Source of the DNA: Octopus vulgaris
Taxonomy: Eukaryota
NCBI GenBank assembly: GCA_951406725.2
Contig: OX597829.1
Coordinates: forward strand, 17,918,001 to 17,982,000
Direction of reading: 5' to 3'
Length of the DNA: 64,000 nt
Shown: positions 40,599-53,628 of the stretch, piece by piece
Numbering within the stretch: the stretch's first letter is position 1
Layout: each line of letters begins with the position of its first letter
The notes under the pieces: model-generated
The model's input: the letters and a program-made list of their open reading frames with translations, nothing else
What the model was told of the DNA's origin: nothing
Databases searched by the model: none
Made by a program: the position numbers and the translations under genes

Positions 40599-41059
40599 AA
40601 GAAACTATATTGAACAGACAATGAAACCACCTTGTGTGGAAGTAGCAACCAAAATTTCCTTACATCATACTCTATTCATTCAAAAAGGATGTGTAAGATT
40701 ACATTAGAAACACAATGCATTAATAAAAAGGAAAATAAATGAGATGGCCATGGAGAGAATGCTTGTTATCATAGGCCTACTCTTTCAAAGCAGACTTTGT
40801 GCTAAACAAGAACAATAACAACAAAAGTCACGGTAAAACTGATAGCATCTGGACTGACGCTGAAGCAGTATCGTCCATTTTCCATTGATATTTTTGTGTT
40901 AAAAATCAAGCAGATAAGAAATAATGGCTGATAGTTCGGGAAGAGTGGAAGTTAGAGAATTTATTTAAAACATGTCATCTCATCAAGTGCTTTTCCCAAT
41001 GAATTTATACATATATGTATATGTGTGTGTGTGTGTGAGTGTGTGTATATATGTATATA

Positions 41060-41208
<149 letters not shown>

Positions 41209-41247
41209 ATATATATATATGTGTATATTTATATATGTATATATGTA

Positions 41248-41300
<53 letters not shown>

Positions 41301-42077
41301 ATTTATATATGTATGTATGTCTATATATATATATAAAACAGAGGAAATCACGAGCACTCATCATTAAAAGAAAAGATGAAGGATAATTGAATGTATGGGA
41401 AAATGTTCTACTTTACTCCGGGTTTGATTTTTGATTAACTCGTCGTAAATATTATTGTTGTCTTGCTCGGTTCGTGCCACAAGCTAAAAAACATGTTATA
41501 TCTACAAAACCCATCTCTGACTATCACATAAAAGGATCAGTTCAGATAAAAAAAAAACTGTTTTCAAATCCATTTCTAATGTGTTTTCTCTAAGTGTTAT
41601 TTGTGTGTAAGTTTGTGTGTTCCGCGGTGGATTTGTGGCACGGAGTAAGTCTCTAGTGAATCTCACAAGGTGTTGTTACAGTATTTTATATGCTACGTCA
41701 GAGGGCTGTCAGAATACAAAAGCGTCCCAATAAAAATAAAATTCCTGGAATGGACTTTCTTTAAATTTTTGTCAATTAATCCGTAGATTTGCGGGATAAT
41801 GATAATTCGGTAATATAGATGCAATTGTGTTTCAGCCTGAAATTTTTTTGGGGGGAGAGTATATAGATGAGATGGGGTGATAGTAAGGGGCGGGGAATGG
41901 AGAAGCACCAGATGTTTAAGTGGCAAAATATAAGCGGAGAAGAAGGATTAAGTGTGGTGCGAAGAAAGTATTAGATTATGTAGTGATACTACATGGTTAC
42001 TATGTTCTGAAGATCAGATACTGTAGTTGTTAAAGTAGGCCACACACACAAACAAACACATGCATACATACATACAA

Positions 42078-42134
<57 letters not shown>

Positions 42135-42140
<6 letters not shown>

Positions 42141-42335
42141 AAAGAGTGAAAAAACTACAGAAGGCTTGTTTTATAAGGTTAAAGAATATATTTAAGTCGT
42201 TATGTTAGAAAACTGTTATAAAATTTTGTGTATAGTAACATAGTTTTTGGAGAAATAACCGGTTTCGTGTAAACTTTTCAAATTTCTTTACCTACATCGT
42301 GTCATGTCTTCGTTATGAAGTGCAAAGAACTTTCT

Positions 42336-42408
<73 letters not shown>

Positions 42409-43365
42409 GCACACACAAATAAATATGTAAGGAGAGAGACAGAGAGGATGAACATATGACCGTACGTATTCGATTAACAAAGAGAACGAATTTTAATGCA
42501 GAAAACCACTACAAAATAACAATTGTGGAACTAGAAGAATACTTAAAGGAGCAAAAGGAAACTGCTTGCTGTAATAGGGAAACATAAAAACGGGGGCAAA
42601 TTTCCTATATATATATACAAGGTAGTAAGCAAATATAAACAAGGAACTAACAACATAAGGATAAAATTTAGATAAGAGCAATCGAAGTAGTTGAAACGAT
42701 AAAGTCAATATGGAATTCCAAAATCTACCCAAGGAGAGATGAAAAGAAAATCACCCGCCTTCGATAATAACTGACTATACTCTTCAAAGAAAATTATCTT
42801 TGATGGTATGCATTTGGATAATATGATTATATAAGGCGGCGAACTGACAGAAACGTTAGCACGCCGGACGAAATGCTCAGCAGTACTTCGTCTGCCGTTA
42901 CGTTCTGAGTTCAAATTCCGCCGAGGTCGACTTTGCCTTTCATCCTTTCGGGGTCGATAAATTAAGTACCAGTTAGGCACTGGGGTCGATATAATCGACT
43001 TAATCCGTTTGTCTGTCCTTGTTTGTCCTCTCTGTGTTTAGCCCCTTGTGGGTAGTAAAGAAATATATATTGTAGGCCTCATTATTTGAGGGATTTTAGT
43101 TATAGATGTATGACAGAACCTTCAATTCTGATTTATTTCTTTGCTTGTTCGTCTAACTTGCTAGATACTGAATAGTCTGACTCGTTGTATTCCATTATCC
43201 TATAAGGACGGTGGGTAATTCCTGCCTAGGAGTATATCCTGCAATTCTTGGAATCTTATGCCATTGATGTTTGTATCAGATATTATAGCACAAATTCTTA
43301 CTTATAAGGGGCATTCATTCTGATGTGTCTCGGATTGAATGGAAGTAATGTTAAGAGACCATATT
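42135..43365 (-). mobile_element. Decayed Penelope-like element (RT thumb region), interrupted by a SINE
   Basis: 43365-43065 translates approximately NPRHIRMNAPY..RICAIISD...RFQELQDILLGRNYP..DNGI..KVLSYI..NP.NNEAYNI; gaaaccggtta remnant near 42260. Confidence 0.6.
42833..43064 (+). mobile_element. SINE family B, full-length monomer
   Basis: aaggcggcgaactgacagaaacgttagcac...gagttcaaattcc...gcctttcatcctttcggggtcgataaa...gtagtaaagaaata. Confidence 0.93.
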
Positions 43366-43383
43366 GTTATAAAGAGTCAAAAA

Positions 43384-43770
43384 GTGGATCACATCCCTAC
43401 TTCTCAACATAGTCACCGTTCTCTCAATAGCAATGTCACACCTTCAAATGAGAACGTGTATCCTTGCCCCGTAAAATTCTTTTTACTGTTTTTCACTACA
43501 GTTTTCACTTCCTCGTCACTGGAATAATGTTTGCCTCTCAAATCCTCTTTCATTGGCCGAAGAGATGATAGTACAGTGACGAGTAAGTGAAAACTGTAGT
43601 GAAGAAGTGGCTCAAAGAACAGTTAACAGAATTTTACGGGGCAGGAATACATGCTCTCATTCGAAGGTGCAACATTGCTATTGAGAGAAACGGTGACTAT
43701 GTTGAGAAGTAAGGATGTAATCCGCAGAGGACCAGCTTCATTTTGATGTATGATACATGTTCCAGTGTAT
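43384..43770. mobile_element. Two mariner 3' fragments in inverted (head-to-head) orientation
   Basis: Plus 43575-43713 gives VKTVVKKWLKEQLTEFYGAGIHALIRR...IERNGDYVEK*; 43384-43541 is a reverse-complement copy. Confidence 0.85.
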
Positions 43771-43773
43771 ATA

Positions 43774-45219
43774 TGATTTAGGGATTTACTGCAAAACCCA
43801 TGGCGGCCAAAATGATCAGAACGGTTGCTTTTACTCCATGTTTTAGTATATTTAACCGTCGAACTCTAATGTTTTGAATTTGTTTACGTGGCAGTTAGTT
43901 TACTAAACATTAGTAAGAATATCTGCAGTGTACTTTGTTAATATAATGCCACTTACTCCGTTACCAATTCGTCAGCAGATTATTAAGCTTCGAAAGAAGG
44001 ATAATTTAAGTATTAGGTCTATTGCAAAGATTGTTAACAAGTCAAAAAGTGTTGTTCACGGTATTCTTAAGGTCTACGATGATTGTGGTTCGTTCGAAGC
44101 AAGAAAGTCTACAGGTAGGCCAAGAAAAACGACCAAGAGAGAAGATCGTGCTATGGTAAAGTTGGTTAAAAAGGACATATTTAAAACTGCTGCTGCTGTT
44201 TTTCGGGAAATGAGCATTGTACTGAAGAAAACTTTATCTCGAAAAACTGTGTCTCGTCCTTTAGTTGAATATGACCTACAAGCAAGAGCACCTGCAGTGA
44301 AGCCACTGATCAGCTTCAAGAATAAAAAGTGTCGTCTTACCTTTGCAACCGAACATGTGTTGTGGTCTCAAGAAAAATGGCAAACGGTGCATTTCAGTGA
44401 TGAATCTAAGTCTATGTTATTTGGCTCAGATGGGAAAAGGTACGTTCGTCGAAAAGCAGGTGAAAAATTGTCACCTAAATGCCTTAAGACTAGTGTTAAA
44501 TTCGGTGGAGGAAGTGTCATGGTTTGGGGGATGATATCTGGAGATGTTGTGAGCCCTTTGCTGCGATTACATGGAAAGGTAAATGCAGGAGTTTATAAAC
44601 AACTTGTAAAAGATCATGAAATTCAACTAAGCGACCACCCATATTCATGCAGGACAATGCCCCATGTCACAAGGCTAATGTGGTCATGAACTTCCTCAAG
44701 GCTGAAAAGGTTATTGTTATGGATTGGCCTGCTCAAAGCCCAGACCTCAATCCTATTGAAAATGTGTGGAATATTCTAGGAGAACGTTTGAAAGCCAGAA
44801 ATCCTAAAACAACCGAGCAATTATGGAATGCCCTTCAGGAAGAATGGAATAAGATCATCCAGCAAGAAATTGAAATTTTAATTTCCCCATACAGTCAAAA
44901 ATGTCAAACTTTGATTGAAGTTAAAGGGCTTCACACTAAATATGAAATAATTCCAGCATTCTCTGTCACTTTTTGATTATTTTGTTATTTTTTCAACCGT
45001 TCTGATCATTTTGGCCACCACGGGTTTTGCAGTAAATCACTAATTCATCCATAACTTTTGTATTATCCACTCAAATTACACCAAAATCTTAGACAATACC
45101 AATTAATATTGTATTTATTGTCTGTGAAAATTATAGAATATAAAACAACTTTGATAAAAACTTATACCTACTTTTCTGACGAAAACAATGCCTTTCTGAA
45201 CATTTTGGCCGCAACTGTG
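43774..45219 (+). mobile_element. Tc1-family (DD34E) transposon with IR/DR-type long TIRs; left TIR truncated
   Basis: Inner TIR gatttactgcaaaacccatggcggccaaaatgatcagaacggttg (~43783-43826) is mirrored at 44994-45038. The right TIR extends to ttttggccgcaactgtg (~45219), with direct repeat ttttggcc(a/g)c. Confidence 0.93.
43946..44976 (+). pseudogene. Tc1 transposase with one frameshift near 44625
   Basis: HTH region, GRPRKTT, VHFSDESK, KFGGGSVMVWG, QDNAPCH, then exactly 34 residues to the E of SPDLNPIENVW. Confidence 0.93.
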
Positions 45220-45426
45220 CCAAAAAATTGTCGAATTTATCGATTTTTTTCAGAACTGAGTGAACTTTTCAAAATTTTCGCTGCGTTAGTTTTGAATTAT
45301 GACATTGAGCTATGTGTGTGTCAAGTTTCATCAGAATCGGTTGAAAGCCGTGGTCAGGGTGAAGGTACAAGCAAACAGACACACAGAAACACGCACAGAC
45401 AAACTGCCGTTTATATAGAGAGAGAT
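45220..45426 (-). mobile_element. Non-autonomous Helitron-like 5' end
   Basis: Minus strand starts tctctctctatataaacggcagtttgtctgtg... and carries the ccgattctgatgaaactt motif that I recognise from small Helitrons. Confidence 0.55.
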
Positions 45427-45427
45427 A

Positions 45428-45832
45428 TAGGCGCAAGAGTGGCTGTGTAGTAAGTAGCTTGTTTACCAACCACATGGTTCTGGGTTCAGTCCCACTGCGT
45501 GGCACCTTGGGCAAGTGTCTTCTACTATAGCCTCGGGCCGACCAAAGCCTTGTGGGTGGATTTGGTAGACGGAAACTGAAAGAAGCCCGTCGTATATATG
45601 TATATATATATATGCGTGTGTGTGTTTGTGTGTCTGTGTTTGTCCCCCTAGCATTGCTTGACAGCCGATGCTGGTGTGCTTATGTCCCCATTACTTAGCG
45701 GTTCGGTAAAAGAGACCGATAGAATAAGTACTGGGCTTACAAAAGAATAATTCCCGGGGTCGAGTTGCTCGATTAAAGGCGGTGCTCCAACATGGCCGCA
45801 GTCAAAGACTGAAACAAATAAAAGAGTAAAGA

Positions 45833-45834
<2 letters not shown>
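45428..45834 (+). mobile_element. SINE family A, full length
   Basis: Head taggcgcaagagtggctgtg, B box gggttcagtccc, tail catggccgcagtcaaagactgaaac. Confidence 0.93.
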
Positions 45835-45881
<47 letters not shown>

Positions 45882-45886
<5 letters not shown>

Positions 45887-46072
45887 AATAAGCAACAATG
45901 ATATCCGAGGTAATGTGATACGATCGTTTCCTGCTACTTCATTTTATTAAGCACTGTAAGTATTACATCAGTTTTAAAATGTCGAGCAATCTTTTAAAAC
46001 TGATGTAATACTTACAGTAGCATGAAGCGATTGTATCACATTACCTCAGATATACTTGTTGCTTATTTTGAT
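45882..46072. repeat. Long palindrome (12-bp spacer) between (TA)n runs
   Basis: caaaataagcaac...ctgtaagtattacatcagttttaaaa / ttttaaaactgatgtaatacttacag...gttgcttattttg. Confidence 0.92.
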
Positions 46073-47238
46073 TATAATCACCCCATGGATTTATATGGAT
46101 AATACCATACAAAATTCTGGTGCCTTTGACTTAAGTACCATATTCATCTGAATCTAAATTTTGCTGAACTTATATATATATATATATATATATTCTTTAA
46201 TACATACACACACACATATACATATAAATATATCTATGTGTGCATATGTGTGTGTGTATAAACCTGTCTGTGTTTATGTTACCTGCGTACCATCTTGTTG
46301 ACTTCCGTCTGTTTATGATCGATGCTTTATTTAATGTGGTGTACCAGCATAATCGCTTACGAAGGATGAAAACAAGTAATAGAATAGTTTTTTAAAATTC
46401 TATGTAAGCATTTCTTCGTGTAGAGACAGCTTTATGTATATATATACAGATGTGTGTATTTAAGAGAGAGAAAGTATAGGTGTAAATGTGTGCTGTGTAC
46501 TTGTGTATACATATGTGTATCTGATGTATGTGCACGTGTATATGATCTTAAGTATATGTGTGCGCGTGCGCATTTGTATGAGTGTAAGTGCGTGTGTTAT
46601 AGTTTTATTTCTGACAAAGTATCCAATCAATTTAAGCAACCAATATTCAAGTTTAAAACAGTTTGAGAATTGTTTATAGCTTAATAATAATAGAGGGGAA
46701 GTAATGGATTGAGCGTATGAACTTAGCAGGCCCCTCTTAGGTTGACGAGGCTGATACAGTTTATGTCCGGTTTGAACACCTGTAAGACGGCGACTGCTAG
46801 AAGATCATGCTGTCTTAAGAGAATTGATCAGAGTTGTCGCTGTGGGGGATGCAAGGTCAAGTCCTGTTGTTTATACAAGATGTAGAGAGGAAGACACAGG
46901 TGGTACAAAAGTAAAAATAATAGAGAAGTAGAAGCTCTTGTGGTAACAATAAAACAGGTAGCGTGGGGAGACGTTGCATTTGTTCGTCTGGGGGAAAAAC
47001 AAAGGAATTTGAGAATTATATTGTTTAGGGGAGAGGTTAGGATCATGTAAAGCGAAATAAATAGCATATTGCCAACGAATGAAATATTGTAATGGAGTGA
47101 GCGAAAAGGTTGATTTTGCATTTGTAGCTTAACCTCACAGCATATATATATGTGTGTGTGTATGTATATATAGGTGTGTGTGTGTGTGTGTAGGTATGTA
47201 TGTATGTATGTATGTATGTATGTATGTTAATATGTGTG

Positions 47239-47270
<32 letters not shown>

Positions 47271-47298
47271 TGTATGTATGTATGTACGTATGTATGTA

Positions 47299-47533
47299 TG
47301 TCGGGCATGTGGAAGAGAGTGTAATTCGGCAGGAGGACTTAAACGACAGGCAAAGGTACATGAAGCCCAGTTACAACTACAGCCGGCTATTACCGGTAAA
47401 GGTTTTAGCTGCCAATTCTGTACAAGACATTGTAGAACTTTGGCTGGGCTAAAAAGTCACATTCGATCACAGCACCAGTAACAAGTTAAGCTTCGTGCAA
47501 TGGCCATACTCGATAACGAGGGGCCAGCCATAA
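47299..47533 (+). mobile_element. 3' end of an RTE-like LINE with two C2H2-like fingers
   Basis: CRACGRECNSAGGLKRQAKVH and [22 protein letters not shown], then a short tail with hairpin ctcg-ataa-cgag and a microsatellite. Confidence 0.65.
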
Positions 47534-47537
47534 TATA

Positions 47538-47573
<36 letters not shown>

Positions 47574-47657
47574 TGTATGTATGTATGTATATATATATAT
47601 ATATATATACACATATATACATATATACATATATACATATATATATATATATATGTA

Positions 47658-47804
<147 letters not shown>

Positions 47805-47900
47805 ATGTACTGCTCTGTGATAGAAGATTCAACAAAAAAAGTACTCCATTTGGTGAGAGATAGATATTATGTATCTAAAGGACACAATATATGTCTTTAA

Positions 47901-47955
47901 GTGCTACTAATAGTTTCATATGTTGTAAAATATCTTAAACATATTCATCAGACAC
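47901..47955 (-). ncRNA. Type I hammerhead ribozyme with intact core
   Basis: gtgt-CTGATGA-atatgtt[13-nt loop]aacatat-GAAAC-TATTA-GTA-gcac. Confidence 0.8.
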
Positions 47956-48213
47956 AAACACATATCGTAACAAACTAAAAAAAAATGAGTAAGAAAAGAA
48001 ACGCGGAAAAAACTAAGAATGCAGTATATAGAAAACGCGGAAGGTTGAAAAAACGAAAAACGAAAAATGAAATGAAAACGCAAAAACTAATAATATGTAA
48101 AAAGTAAAAAGGGAAAGGGGCTATCTTCTTAAGACCTTAAATTATAAGGCTGGAAAGTTTTTTCACGTTTCTTCTCTTAATCAATTTTTTTAGTTCGTTA
48201 CGATATGTGGTTT

Positions 48214-48268
48214 GTGCCTGATGAATATGTTCCATATATTTCTCAACGTATGAAACTATTAGAAGCAC
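48214..48268 (+). ncRNA. Hammerhead copy with mutated cleavage triplet (inverted partner of 47901-47955)
   Basis: gtgc-CTGATGA-atatgtt[loop]aacgtat-GAAAC-TATTA-GAA-gcac. Confidence 0.7.
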
Positions 48269-48312
48269 TTAAACACATGTACTGGGTCCTTTAAATAAAT
48301 TATATATATAGC

Positions 48313-48359
<47 letters not shown>

Positions 48360-48590
48360 AATAGTGAGGGATTATCAACCCGGGCAAAATACTCCATAAG
48401 TTCTGTTGGCACACTAGGCAAGCTAACAAAATTACTTATTTAGATTAGTGAAAAACTCCAAATATTCTTGACAGGGTCCAATGTTATGGTTCATCACAAT
48501 TCCATATTGTAAATCCGTGGACGGGCCCCAGACAAATTGGTTTTTACACAAGGTAAAATTTATGATCATTATATATTTGTCTTCTATTGT

Positions 48591-48821
48591 AGCAAATTTG
48601 TCTTACAGCTGTTTCTAGCAGTCATTATAGGTACATTACTGATAGGTTTACATAATTGGTTTATTCAATTTTTTTGTTATTACCAGAAATGGGTCTGACA
48701 AAAGTGGCACTAATCTTTTTAGGTCATTCAATTATTATCAACTAATCAATAGCCATTTAAGTAAGCCTATCAGTAATGTACCTACAATGACTACCGGAAA
48801 CAGGTGTAAGCCAAATATGCT
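48591..48821. repeat. Inverted repeat with hammerhead-like 3' halves
   Basis: Arms read outward as cctatcagtaatgtacct...GAAAC-AGCT-GTA (minus) and GAAAC-AGGT-GTA (plus). Confidence 0.75.
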
Positions 48822-49383
48822 CCGATAAAGGAAAAATATTTAATAACCAAACTTGTTATGTGTGTATGTGTCTGTGTGTGTGTGTGTGAGTGTTAATAAA
48901 AAAGGACTCATTGTGAATGAATCCATTATGAATCCCTGATGGGGACGAAAGCGCTAAAGTAATTAGTTTTTATCTAAATCTTGACTACCTCCATTTTCTT
49001 ACTGGTGAAAATATGTACAACATTTCAATCAATTCAACACACACACACACACAACACACACACACACAACACATACGCACAGCACATACGCACAACACAC
49101 ACACATACACACGCAAGCACACACATATACATGTATACATGCATACATTATACATAGAAAATATAAATACAAAACATACATATAATCCAAATAATATGAC
49201 AAAGAAATCCTTTAACACATCCTTTATGATTCGTTACAATTGTTGCTGTACCAAATCTGCTTGCAATATCAGTTTACGCAATTTTCGAATTGAAACTTTA
49301 TATTTATAAACATGTGTGTGGGGGGTGTATACAGTCGAGCACCCTGTATCTAGTTCTAGATATTGTGTTTCGTAAACGACAGA

Positions 49384-49459
49384 CTATACTGATGATCTTG
49401 CAGATGTTTGTATATTCATATATGTAAATTATTAACAAGTGAAACTAATTAGTACATAG
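49384..49459 (+). ncRNA. Type I hammerhead ribozyme with extended stem II
   Basis: ctata-CTGATGA (49389-49395)-cttg...tttgtatat/atatgtaaa...caag-GAAAC-TAATTA-GTA-catag; stem III palindrome ACTAATTAGT. Confidence 0.78.
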
Positions 49460-50089
49460 GTAATCGTTTTTTATTTGGTATATTTTCATTTGTCTTGCTT
49501 ATTTTTACGCTTTGGATTTTTGCTGAATTTTCTTTCTTGAGAACACATTTTCCGTGGAAAATGGCGATTTTGACGTCTATAACTAGCATACAGTCTGTCC
49601 ACTTTTAGTGATCAATCATCTAAATTTTGTATATATACATATATTTGTATATATATGTATGTGTGTGTATGTATGCATGTATAAATATATATATATATAT
49701 ATATATATGCGTGTGTGTAGGAGTGTATGTATGTATATATATATATGTGGGGTGGGGGCGGACACATTCGTAGAATATATATATTCTTATATTAATAAAA
49801 CGGAGAAAGAGACTTACAGTCATGCTGCCAATTTTGATTAGACTACATGTGGTAAATATTACGAGGCATCGTGAATGGATACGACCAGCAACAATGAATG
49901 TTGCATAAAAATATAATAAACTGAAAAAGCGGTGTACGGTTGGTGTGTATGTATATTTGTGTATGTGTGTGTACGCACGTGTATTTTTGTTTCCTGTTTT
50001 TAATTATTCGAAGTCTTCCTTTATGGAAGGACCAGCTTTCTATCAGTGGTATGACGCTCCGTCGTGGAAATGTAGATGGCAAGGCAAAA

Positions 50090-50960
50090 ATTCATATTTT
50101 GAACTTGAGAAAGTCTTGCAGACTTTTGTTGTTCCGCCTACAGATTGTATTTGTCATATGCGTTTTAGCTGGATGATTTCTTCTGCTGAAGACTCTAGAT
50201 TATGTTTTCTTCACTAAGGCATCTGTGCACAAAACCAAGTGCACCAATTATTATTGTTATAAATGTGAATCTCTACAATTTGGATATAAAAGCTTGAAGT
50301 TTCAAAGTAGCTGTTACCTTCTTTCTATTTTACTTTCAAACATATATTCATATCAGCGAGTAACTAATCTCTTTAATGATACACACACAATTTCTCTTCT
50401 CTGTTACAAATAACTACATCCGTTCTGTTTACACTTGGTAGAAACTTTGATGAGAATGTTCTATGGTGTTTACGTATTATGTGTTGACGTATTCAGTAAT
50501 AGAGGTGGGGTTCTTTATACTTAATCGAAGACAGCCGGCTTTTTGGATAGCATTGTATATTATTTTTGTGACAACGTCATCTCGTATTCGTAGGTATTAA
50601 CTTGATGACATTTTTGGGGGCGGCTGCTGATCACATGTGTGATGTCTTCTACAGAAATGTAACAGAATCCACATTTTCGGTTGCATCTTGGGACCACAAA
50701 TGACTTACTTACTGCTTCTTTGATTTATTAGGTATTATGTAACAATCTTCTGTTCTTGGGTTACAAATGCAAAGCCTTCGAAGTAAGATGTATATAGTTG
50801 TCGAAAGGCCAAGTAAGACAGCACTTCATATCGATATCACTGCCTTCTTCAAGTATTCGGGAAACGTACCCATGTAGTCTCCTTTTTTTTACTACGCTGA
50901 GCATTTCACTTCCAAGCCTTCTTTGAGGTATGCTGGTTTAGCTACTTTGGGGTCTTAAGG
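50090..50960 (-). mobile_element. Older, diverged R4/Dong-like LINE fragment
   Basis: TSYFEGFAFVTQEQ, CNRKCGFCYISVEDITHVISS, QIQSVGGTTKVCKTFLKF. Confidence 0.75.
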
Positions 50961-51052
50961 AACATAGTACTGGTGGCTGCGTGTGTTCACGAAAGCAAGT
51001 GAAGAGGAAGATAAGGTTATTATAAGAACTTGTAAATAGTTTGTAACGTCTG

Positions 51053-51083
<31 letters not shown>

Positions 51084-51202
51084 TCTGTTTTCACTTCCGT
51101 AAATTGTATTATTATTTATACTATTCCACCTTGTTTCATTTTATTCTATTTTCACATTTGATTAGAGTTATTTTATTTGGTTTTGTTTTTGCTTTCTATA
51201 TG

Positions 51203-51413
51203 TATTTCTTTACTACCCACAAGGGGTTAAACATAGAGGGGACAAACGGATTAAGTCGATTACATTGACCCCAGTGCAAAACTGGTGCTTTATTTATCGA
51301 CCCCGAAAGGATGAAAGGCAATGTCAACCTCGGCGGAATTTGAACTCTGAACGTAACAACAGACGAAATACCGCTAAGCATTTCGCCCGGCGTGCTAACT
51401 CTTCTGCCAGCTC
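51203..51413 (-). mobile_element. SINE family B
   Basis: Reverse complement of 42833-43064. Confidence 0.9.
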
Positions 51414-51830
<417 letters not shown>

Positions 51831-52074
51831 AACAGTATTTTATGATTCCATGAAAAAATTTTTTTGCAGCTAGATTTCTTTATCTGATGTTTCGCATAGT
51901 TCTGCCTACACAAGAGAATGCGGGATGAACAAAATGGGAATTTTGAAAGAAGTATCTAGAAACTTGTTTACAAACATCGATTGGCATTGGAGGTCCACCA
52001 GAATAAAATAGAAATCAAGTGGGCCCATAGATAAAAAGAAGGTGTGTAGGCTATCGTTTCCTACCTTCACTATT

Positions 52075-52288
52075 TATTTCTTTATTACCCACAGGGGGCT
52101 AAACGCAGAGGGGACAAACAAGGACAGACAAAGGGTTTTAGGTCGACTACATCGACCCCAGTTCGTAACTGGTACTTATTTAATCGACCCCGAAAGGATG
52201 AAAGGCAAAGTTAACCTTGGCGGAATTTGAACTCACAACGTAGCGGCAGACGAAATACCGCTAAGCATTTCGCCAGGCGTGCTAACGT
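52075..52288 (-). mobile_element. SINE family B
   Basis: Reverse complement of the consensus seen elsewhere in the window. Confidence 0.9.
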
Positions 52289-52561
52289 TGGTACCACTAG
52301 GGTCATTGCTGCCGCTACCACCACCATGCTCCGACTTTACTTCCATTTCCTCCCTATTGCCATTAACGCTGCCAAAAACATTGCTTCACTGCCACCACCA
52401 CCTCCAACACCTATAGCATTAACACAATTATTTGTTTCTATTTTTATCACCACTCAATCCACCAACGGCACCATCGCCATCACTCCGACAGCGTTCCATC
52501 CTTGATAACCACCCTACGCTCCAACACTAAATCAGCCTTCAAGAATTTTCATACACCATCG

Positions 52562-52950
52562 ATTTCTTTACTACCCACAAGGAGCTAAACACAGAGGGGA
52601 CAAACAAGGACAGACAAACGGATTAAGTCGATTACATTGACCCCAGTGCGAAACTGGTACTTAATTTATCGACCCCGAAAGGATAGAAGGCAAAGTCGAC
52701 CTCGGCGGAATTTGAACTCAGAACGTAGCGGCGGACGAAATACCTATTTCTTTACTAGCCACAAGGGGCTAAACACAGAGGGGACAAACAAGGACAGACA
52801 AACGGATTAAGTCGATTACATCGACCCCAGTGCGTAACTGGTACTTAATTTATCGACCCAGAAAGGATGAAAGGCAAAGTCGACCTCGGCGGAATTTGAG
52901 CTCAGAACGTAACGGCGGACGAAACACGGCTACGCATTTCACCCGGCGAA
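52562..52950 (-). mobile_element. SINE family B dimer
   Basis: Junction gacgaaatacc|tatttcttt at ~52744, identical to the 8243 and 9470 junctions. Confidence 0.9.
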
Positions 52951-53562
52951 ATCATCATCATCACAAACACCATCGTCAATAACACTATCATCACTGCCTC
53001 CATCATCGAACGCAACAACTCCCATTTCTGCCTTGGTACGCCATTAAAAGACCTCATGATATCTTCCACTCCACCTGCTTCCGTCAACATATCTACTCAC
53101 TGATATGTTTTCTCTCTCAATTTGTGCATGTATTTCTAGGTTTTTAACCTTGCCTTTCTGTGTAACTAGTTAGTATAACCACAGTATCTTTTATCGGACC
53201 ACGATAATATTTTGCTGTGCACACGGTCACTAATTAAATGGGCTAATACCAAGACTTCTAACATTGAGTTCTTTATTCCGAGTGAGCTGACTACACTAAG
53301 TAGTTTAAACAATGTTTTACTTCTTCAAGCAGGCAACTGTTTGAATATGCAAACTACAGAATGAATCTAACTTCTAAAATGATCTTGCCGAGTGATACAC
53401 CAAAACTGTCATATTTATCATTTCTTTTATCAGCACTTCTAACAGAAACTCCTCCTTCCAGTAAAAACATGAGCACCACCCACTAATTTTTCAATATATA
53501 TGTAGGGTTGCGGTGCATGTGTCTATGTGTGCGTGTGTGTGTGTCTGTGTGTGTGTGTGTCT

Positions 53563-53628
<66 letters not shown>

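Noticed and set aside
47200-47481. C2H2 zinc-finger ORF as a host ZNF gene
   Set aside because: No TGEKP linkers, the N-terminus is (TATG)n microsatellite, and a short hairpin tail follows; an RTE LINE C-terminus fits better.
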